A DNA stretch of 64,000 bases from the NCBI GenBank assembly GCA_051294905.1, contig CM119378.1:28334001-28398000 (forward strand), in the 5' to 3' direction. The stretch comes from Botryllus schlosseri. Its lineage: Eukaryota. A program made the position numbers and the translations under genes. This document shows positions 57,225-64,000 of this stretch, in pieces. The notes under the pieces were generated by a model that was given only the letters and a program-made list of their open reading frames with translations, was not told where the DNA came from and ran no database searches. Positions within the stretch are counted from its first letter, which is position 1; the number at the start of each line of letters is the position of its first letter.

Positions 57225-58214
57225 GCGCATCGCAAAAGCCTTCATCATCACAAACGGCACTTTTCAGTGCCACCCGATCGAGCAGGTTTTATGAAATTGT
57301 ATACACACTTACATGTCATTGCGCGCGCAGTATATTCATAAGACTGAGACTCGAGCGAGCCTAGAGTAGAGCGTTTTTAAAGCAATACTTGTATGGTTAC
57401 GGCGATGTACATTGTCGAACAATTTTGATTTGGAATTGAATAGAATAGTGTTTACGGTGGCCAACTAGAATTAGACGCGCTCGACGGGTGGCGGGCGGTA
57501 CGGCGGCGGCGCCGCCTTGATTGCTCAGCGGGTTTCTGTCACCGTTATTGCTTGCAAACGACTTGCTGAGGCGAGCGACGCAATACACAATTCCCAATAC
57601 AGAAGCCGGTCTGCCTGATGCGTGAATCAAAAAAGGCTGAGCGCACTCAGCCGCCTCTGTCAAGAGATACGTACCTTCAAATACAACCAAATACTCCAAT
57701 GTCTGGTTCGTACGGAGCAGGGGCGTACTAGTACTTGGAGAGTCGTAAGTACTGGTGCGGGTAGAAAGGATCTCGTCTGTTACGTCTTACAGTTGGGACT
57801 TGCCGTCGCTTGGAATTTTGTTGCTCGGCACAATTCCGTTGTTCGCGCAAAGTTACAGTGTAAGTGTCGAGGTTCGGGTTCGACACGATTGGATAGTATT
57901 TACGGATGGATTGGCTGGAACAAAAGAAAACACATTTTCTGCATATCGAAAAAATGCTAACCCGTTGGCGCCCGCCCGACGAATGAGATCGTCCGATGCT
58001 ACAGTCACAGTGCTACATCACAGAACGACACTCGGTGTGGTATCGCCGACTACCTAAGCCTGTCGAAGCACGTATATATTACACTGTCGCTCGTGCAAGC
58101 AAAGGTTGGCAAAGCCGGAATTGCACCGAATTTCAAGCGACGGGCGGTCGTTTTTAGACAGGCGCGAGTGCTGATAATTCTCCAACTCCTAGTAGTCCCC
58201 CTTGTCCGTTAAAT

Positions 58215-58245
58215 ATTCATCGGAGTATTTGGTTGTTATAAGGTT
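58215..58245 (+). ncRNA. Putative SL RNA gene, unit 6, interrupted 3 nt after the splice donor by the retrotransposon
   Basis: ...GTTGTTATAAG|GTT is followed by CGCATC instead of TGTATG. Confidence 0.65.
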
Positions 58246-58509
58246 CGCATCTCTGGCGTTTTGGTTGTAAAAAGGTAGAAACTCTGCTGAGGCAGGTGTC
58301 TTTTAGAATATTCATTTCAGAATCTAGTTACTAACCTTGGTTTCACCGCTGTGGTGAACGCTGATAGAACTAGAGTAGACAAGACGTGATTTTTCATAGG
58401 AATAAATTTTATTTGGCTGTGAGACGTACCGACTTAAACTTAACGGAAAACGATTCGCCAAACACAGCGTCGCTTCGGTGGCTGTGCTTTTCCGGCTTAA
58501 ACACTGAAA

Positions 58510-59065
58510 CTCACGTACGTGAGATAAACTGCTACACCTTACGACGTAAGGAAACTTCATTAACACTTACCTGGAGAGCCTTGGCTTTCCATCTTCTCAA
58601 CGATTCGGCTTTACAGCAGTGTACTTAGCGAAAGAAACATTCGCCTTCGGTTCCTACAACAAAATTAGCACAGATATTCAAATACGCTTCACGCGATACA
58701 TATGAACACAGCCTCGCGATACAGATTGTGATATTCGACGCAAATACCGGTACTCACGCAAGTGAGCAAACTGCAGCACCTTACAACGTAAGGAAACAAC
58801 ATTAACACCTACCTGGAGAGCCTAGGCTTTCCATCTTCACACCGATTCGACCTTGCAGCAGTGTACATAACGAAGAAAACATTCGCCTTCGGTTCCTGAA
58901 ACAAAATTAGCACAGAAAATCAAATACGCTTCACGCGATAAATCTGAACACAACCTCGCGGTACAGACTGCGGTTTTCGACGTAAATACCGGTACTCACG
59001 CAAGTGAGCAAACTGCAGCACCTTACAACGTAAGGATACAACAGTAACACTTACGGTGAGGCTTT
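58510..59065 (+). repeat. About 242-bp tandem monomers (2.3 copies) in the retrotransposon 5' UTR
   Basis: CTCACG anchors at 58510, 58753 and 58995; shared AAACATTCGCCTTCGGTTCCT, CAAAATTAGCACAGA and CAAATACGCTTCACGCGATA blocks. Confidence 0.92.
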
Positions 59066-59185
59066 GCCTTTTTGTCTTCACTCGTTCTTGGTCCTGCGGC
59101 GGTGCGTGGAGCGGGGGAGACAGTCGACTTCAGATCCTGAAATAAAAACATTACAGAAAACAAAGTCAAAAAAGATTGAAATAAA

Positions 59186-60340
59186 ATGGATTCTCAAGGA
59201 GTTCATGGCCACAGGCCACAATCAGTGAATCTCAAAGGAGACCAAAACATAACATTGATGGAGGTCTTACAAATATTTGAAAAAAAACCGGCACTGGTGC
59301 AGTACCGTGAGAAACTGGAAGCAGTGTTCCAAATAGCACAGGACACTTTCAACGTCACATTGACGGATGAAAAGACAAGAAATGACTTACTAAAAGAAGA
59401 AAACGACATTGTTTACCAAGGCAAGAGATACCTGTTATCACTGCCGGGTACAATGCCAACTGTAATAAACATTCGTGCCGTGCCGTCAGAGGCAAGTAAC
59501 GAATCTGTAGCAAGAGCTATAGAAAGTTGGAAGGCAGGGCGTGTCGTGGGCGTGCGCAAGCAATTTCACAGAGGACTTAACCTCCACAATGGCTATCGTA
59601 CGGTAGCAGTGGCGGACTATCAAAAAGGAAAATTACCACCCTTCATAAGAATTGAAGGAGCGTCTTGCAAGGTATACACACCTACAATCGAAAGACCGAT
59701 AGTAATAGAAAGACTCTGTTTTAAATGTAACAAGTCAGGACATCTGGCGGCCAAATGCAGATCACCCTACTGCAGCCATTGCAACAAAAGCGGTCACAAC
59801 AGACAAGAGTGCCAAGCACTGGAAAATGATTACCCAGCTCTCATGAGTGGGAGAAATGTAAATGAAACAGAGAATAATAATAAAAACGAAGAAATGGTGG
59901 AACTCACTAGTGAAGAACCACAGAACGAAGTACAGAACACGGAAATAATAATAAACGAATCGGTACCGGTAACGGTACAAAGTGAGGAGAAAAGCAACCA
60001 GAACGAATCGGTTCTAGTTGAAGACTTGAACATCTCCACCTCCGATTCAGAAACAGAGAAGGAGGTGAAAGGAAAACAAACAACACCAGAAAGTGATGAT
60101 GATACAATCACCAATGGTGAAGAATCAGAAATTGAAGAACAATCAGAATCAGAAGCCGAGGAACAGGACTCGGAGAAAACTGCTCCTCCACCTCTCAATC
60201 AGAGACAGGCGGAATTTACACTAGTAAAAGCGAATAAAAAGAGAAGACGATCAGCGAATGATCGCAGGAAAAGCAATGAAAAGAAAAGAAATGCCATTGA
60301 TCTTGAAGCAAATAGAAACCGCTTTAGCCCATTACAATGA
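59186..60340 (+). CDS. ORF1 gag-like nucleic-acid-binding protein, 384 aa
   Basis: CFKCNKSGHLAAKC and CSHCNKSGHNRQEC (CX2CX4HX4C), then an acidic tract and a basic KKRRR segment. Confidence 0.93.
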   Translation: MDSQGVHGHRPQSVNLKGDQNITLMEVLQIFEKKPALVQYREKLEAVFQIAQDTFNVTLTDEKTRNDLLKEENDIVYQGKRYLLSLPGTMPTVINIRAVPSEASNESVARAIESWKAGRVVGVRKQFHRGLNLHNGYRTVAVADYQKGKLPPFIRIEGASCKVYTPTIERPIVIERLCFKCNKSGHLAAKCRSPYCSHCNKSGHNRQECQALENDYPALMSGRNVNETENNNKNEEMVELTSEEPQNEVQNTEIIINESVPVTVQSEEKSNQNESVLVEDLNISTSDSETEKEVKGKQTTPESDDDTITNGEESEIEEQSESEAEEQDSEKTAPPPLNQRQAEFTLVKANKKRRRSANDRRKSNEKKRNAIDLEANRNRFSPLQ

Positions 60341-63300
60341 CTATCAAGATCACTTCCCTCAATATCAACGGTTTTAACAGAAAATGGAACGAAATAGAAA
60401 AGATGATTCGAAAGTATAAAAGCGATGTGTACTGTCTACAAGAAGTGCACAGAGTTAACAAAACAAAATTGAATGAGTGGTGCAGAGACAACGAATATGT
60501 GAACTTTCCAAACTGCCTAGATATGAATGATGCCTGGACAGACGACCAAGGCCAAAAAATATCCTATTGGCAAGGTACCTTAATGATAATAAAATCGAAT
60601 CTGAAAAATCTATACGACATTCAAGAAGAAACAGTAATTGAACACAGAGCCCAGAGAATTAAATTGGCTAAACAAAATGAGATAACAGAAATCTGGAACA
60701 TTTACGCCCCTGCAACGGTGGCTAGACATCAAACAGAATACTATAAAAATCTTACTCAGGCATTGAAAAATGCAGGGGACAGAACAATCATTATAGGAGA
60801 TTTTAATATCATTATAGACAAGAATGATGCAAAAATCAACACAAACTACAAGAACACACCCGCTGCGGATATATGGAAATGGTTCGTTGACACCAACGGC
60901 TACCAGGATATATATAGGTGGAGAAACCCACACAAAAAACTGTTTACAAGGAAAACAGGGCAACAGGAAAGACGCATAGACAATGCCTTTGCATCAGATG
61001 TTTTGGCAAAGGATGTTAGCAGATGTATATATAAAATAAATCCAATATCGGATCACATATATCTATTGGAAACAACTATTACAAATTACAACAGTAATAA
61101 ATGGGGAAGAGGAATATGGAAATGTAATGCGGACTTATTAGAAAATAAAATGATGAAAGAAAACATAAATATGATAATAGACAACATGAAAGCAAATAAA
61201 CATGGGTACAATCACATCACTACGTGGTGGGATACTCTCAAGAAAAAAATCAAAAGTGCCATACAAGCGTTTGAAAAAACCCATGGCAAAAAAGAGAAAG
61301 ACAGAATTAAGAAAATAACAGAAGAGATTGAGATGCTACAAAGTACTAACGATAGTATCAAAAAGACTCTTCTGCAAAACGAGCTAAAAAGCATTGAAAG
61401 GAAAAGGATAGACTTCACCTCCAAGAAAGCAAAAATCAGGGATAAAGAGGAAGGAGAAAAACCTACCAAATACTTCTTTGATATGTTAAAAAGGAGGAAA
61501 GCCATCCAAACAATGAACGTATTAAAGAATAATAATGGAGAAGACATCATGGATTCTGAACAGATAATCGATCAAATCGAAAATTATTATCAGAATCTAT
61601 GGCAGGCCCATCCCAACATAGATGACAAGAAACAGAAAAGGTATCTAGACCAACTAGATGACACTGAGCTGTCAGAAGAAGATCATACGTTTCTTGAGAT
61701 ACCGATTTCTGTAGATGAAATCAAAATCATAATCCAAGCAATGAATAATGACAAAACTCCCGGTAACGACGGCTTACCGAAAAGGTTTTACATCATTTAC
61801 TGGAACAAAATTAAAGATCAGTTGGTAGAGCTTTTCAATAACGCGCTTTTCCTGGGGGATATATGCCAATCTTGGAATACAGGTGTAGTCCAATTGATTT
61901 ATAAAAAAGGAGATGCTAAACTGCTCAAGAATTGGAGACCTATAACGTTACTTAATTTAGATTATAAAATACTCACCTCGATCATTTCGAATAGGCTAAA
62001 AGCAGTTACTGGTAAATTAATATTAAACACGCAAAAATGCGGGATAGCAAATCGGCAGATAACGGACAATCTAAGAAACATAAAAGCGGCGTGGGACTAT
62101 GCCCACAGAAAGAATATTGATCTAATCGTGGTGTCGATAGACCAAGAGAAAGCTTTCGACAGAGTTCATCATGGCTATCTAAACAAGATACTAGATAGTT
62201 ATGCAGTACCGTACAACATCCGAAGACTAATAAAGAAAGTGTATGATAACTCATACAGTCAAATATTGGTCAACGGGACATTATCAAATAAAATAAAGAT
62301 AGGCAGAGGACTCCGCCAAGGATGTCCATTAAGCATGTGTCTGTATGCGATGACCGCTGACCCACTAGCTAGAAAAATAATGGAAAATGAGAAAATAAAT
62401 GGAATAAAAATAGGAAAGCAAGAGCTGAGACTGCAGCAATACGCTGATGATCTCACGGCGATTCTTATAGATCATCTTTCGGTAAAGCAACTATTTGGCG
62501 AGCTACAACTCTTCGCAGAGGCAACAGGCCAAATTGTCAACAAAGATAAAACTGAAATTTTATGCACAAAACCAAACACAACAAATCTCGGAGATTTTAG
62601 AAAGTATTTGAAAACATCAACGGAAATATTAGGCCAAACATTCGGTATCAATTACCTCAATAAAACATGGAAGAAACGAAGCGAACAAATTAGAAAAATA
62701 ACAATGGCATACAAAGACAGAGAACTGACCTGGTATGGTAAATCAACCATACTGAGTAGCATGGCCTCAACGAAGATCGTTTATAATGCCAGGATAGTTG
62801 ACGTTCCTGTAAAAACAAGAAAGAACTTGGAGGCTCAGTTCTTTCACTTCATATGGAGCCCAGAGAAGCTGGAGCCGATTAACAGGTCCCATATGACCTC
62901 CAGCGAACTTATGGGAGACCTAAAAATCACCTGCATTAAGAGTAAAATTGATGCATGCAAACTAGAAAAATATCAAATATTGAAAATCATTACAGAGCCA
63001 GAAGAATTCTGGCACTGGGAGGCAATCTTTGTGTTAGGCACAAAGATAAATAGAATTAACAAAAGGCTATATACAAATTCATTCCCACATAGTGACAAAC
63101 TCACAAAAGAGTGGGATTATATAATAAAGAGAGCAGAGGCTCTGAAATGGACGGACGAGATATGGGCAGAGGCGTCCCATAAGGACATCTACCTGGGGAT
63201 AAAAGATCAGGATAAACCCCAAATCAAGAACATTTCGTTAAATTCCAGACAGCCAGTGAACTGGAAAGAAGTCACGACACTGAACGGTCGCGATAACAAA

Positions 63301-63795
63301 TTAATGAACGAAGAAAGAATCGTCAACTTAAGAACGGCTCTTGGAGGATATTTCCTCGGAGACGACAAGAAAAGATTGAACATAATGAATATTGGTTCGC
63401 AAAAAAACATGAACACGTGTTGTAAACTTTGTGAGTCGAAGAAGGACAATCTAGAACATCTCCTTATAGATTGCAATTTTATCAGACGGATCTTTGCAAA
63501 CTTCAGAGGAGTAATGAAGCAGAGAAATCTCAACAGAGATCACATCTTCTTCAATCACGGTATAAAATGCGCAACCGACTGGACCATAATCAGTATAATT
63601 AAAAGAAAGATAATCATGCAAAAATTCATCCAAGAAAAGAAGAACGAAAAAATACATGACCAAAAATCAGCAATCAAATTGATGACAAAGAAAATTATAA
63701 AGAAACTGATAAAAAGAATCTCTTTCTTCAAAGACACAACAGAACAGCAGCTTTTCAGAAATGAGCTGCTGTTTGTGGAGGCGGAAAACACATGA
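60337..63795 (+). CDS. ORF2 APE endonuclease / reverse transcriptase, 1152 aa
   Basis: APE motifs SLNING, CLQE, NIYAP, GDFN, RIDN, SDH; Tx1/L1-type GRGIWKCN and GEKPTKYFF; RT motifs KTPGNDG, WRPITLLNLDYKIL, DQEKAFDRV, GLRQGCPLS, YADD; C-terminal CKLC...HLLIDC. Confidence 0.97.
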   Translation: MTIKITSLNINGFNRKWNEIEKMIRKYKSDVYCLQEVHRVNKTKLNEWCRDNEYVNFPNCLDMNDAWTDDQGQKISYWQGTLMIIKSNLKNLYDIQEETVIEHRAQRIKLAKQNEITEIWNIYAPATVARHQTEYYKNLTQALKNAGDRTIIIGDFNIIIDKNDAKINTNYKNTPAADIWKWFVDTNGYQDIYRWRNPHKKLFTRKTGQQERRIDNAFASDVLAKDVSRCIYKINPISDHIYLLETTITNYNSNKWGRGIWKCNADLLENKMMKENINMIIDNMKANKHGYNHITTWWDTLKKKIKSAIQAFEKTHGKKEKDRIKKITEEIEMLQSTNDSIKKTLLQNELKSIERKRIDFTSKKAKIRDKEEGEKPTKYFFDMLKRRKAIQTMNVLKNNNGEDIMDSEQIIDQIENYYQNLWQAHPNIDDKKQKRYLDQLDDTELSEEDHTFLEIPISVDEIKIIIQAMNNDKTPGNDGLPKRFYIIYWNKIKDQLVELFNNALFLGDICQSWNTGVVQLIYKKGDAKLLKNWRPITLLNLDYKILTSIISNRLKAVTGKLILNTQKCGIANRQITDNLRNIKAAWDYAHRKNIDLIVVSIDQEKAFDRVHHGYLNKILDSYAVPYNIRRLIKKVYDNSYSQILVNGTLSNKIKIGRGLRQGCPLSMCLYAMTADPLARKIMENEKINGIKIGKQELRLQQYADDLTAILIDHLSVKQLFGELQLFAEATGQIVNKDKTEILCTKPNTTNLGDFRKYLKTSTEILGQTFGINYLNKTWKKRSEQIRKITMAYKDRELTWYGKSTILSSMASTKIVYNARIVDVPVKTRKNLEAQFFHFIWSPEKLEPINRSHMTSSELMGDLKITCIKSKIDACKLEKYQILKIITEPEEFWHWEAIFVLGTKINRINKRLYTNSFPHSDKLTKEWDYIIKRAEALKWTDEIWAEASHKDIYLGIKDQDKPQIKNISLNSRQPVNWKEVTTLNGRDNKLMNEERIVNLRTALGGYFLGDDKKRLNIMNIGSQKNMNTCCKLCESKKDNLEHLLIDCNFIRRIFANFRGVMKQRNLNRDHIFFNHGIKCATDWTIISIIKRKIIMQKFIQEKKNEKIHDQKSAIKLMTKKIIKKLIKRISFFKDTTEQQLFRNELLFVEAENT

Positions 63796-64000
63796 AATGG
63801 AGAACATGTACATACCTGATACTGGAGAAGGAAATCAAGGAAAGAGGACGATCCGATCGCCGGAGACGGAGAATGCGAACTGTGACGGGCCGGCCGACGA
63901 CGATGGAGGAGAGCGATGCCGACGGAGGATGATGCTGAAAACGAAAAGAGAATGATGAAATGGATCCTGGACCACAAAGAAATGCATTGTGTGGGTATGA

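Larger units (their letters stand above)
58246..64000 (+). mobile_element. Non-LTR retrotransposon, L1 superfamily, Tx1-like; apparently full-length at the 5' end, 3' end beyond the window
   Basis: About 940-bp 5' UTR, intact ORF1 (two CCHC knuckles) and intact ORF2 (APE, RT, C-terminal CCHC), with a sharp junction to the histone-unit spacer. Confidence 0.93.

Noticed and set aside
58350-58400. Hammerhead ribozyme core (CTGATAGA)
   Set aside because: Not the CUGANGA consensus, and no correctly placed GAAA or stems I-III. The CTGATGAG on the minus strand at about 2686 also lacks a stem II/GAAA.
58561-58620. U1 snRNA gene
   Set aside because: Only the first ~10 nt match; no U1 stem-loops or Sm site follow.
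58510-59065. CRISPR-like repeat/spacer array
   Set aside because: Whole 242-bp monomers are homologous with no unique spacers, and the context is eukaryotic.
59203-63977. Minus-strand ORFs over the retrotransposon
   Set aside because: Antisense shadows of A-rich ORF1/ORF2.

Overview
Eukaryotic (invertebrate animal) genomic DNA in three zones. Zone 1 (1-28,499) is AT-rich and dense in transposons: hAT/Buster-type elements and MITEs with 8-bp TSDs, a TA-flanked TIR element, a very young 1.87-kb LTR element with an orphan ORF, Penelope GIY-YIG and CR1/L2-type LINE remnants, microsatellites, and a 307-N assembly gap. Zone 2 (28,500-58,245) is a tandem array of 5.12 near-identical 5,808-bp histone units (H1+, H4-, H3+, H2B-, H2A+, each with a 3' stem-loop). 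The long spacer of every unit holds a sequence that looks like an ascidian spliced-leader (SL) exon followed by a GT donor, plus possible 5S rRNA relics. Zone 3 (58,246-end) is an intact two-ORF L1/Tx1-type non-LTR retrotransposon. It is inserted exactly 3 nt past that SL donor in the sixth unit, and its own 5' end begins with a diverged SL-like copy. The main candidate novel system is a histone/SL-RNA tandem repeat parasitised by an apparently SL-targeting APE-type (Tx1) retrotransposon. The SL identification, and the resulting guess that the host is a stolidobranch ascidian, rest on my recollection of published tunicate leaders and need verification. The element's 3' junction lies outside the window.
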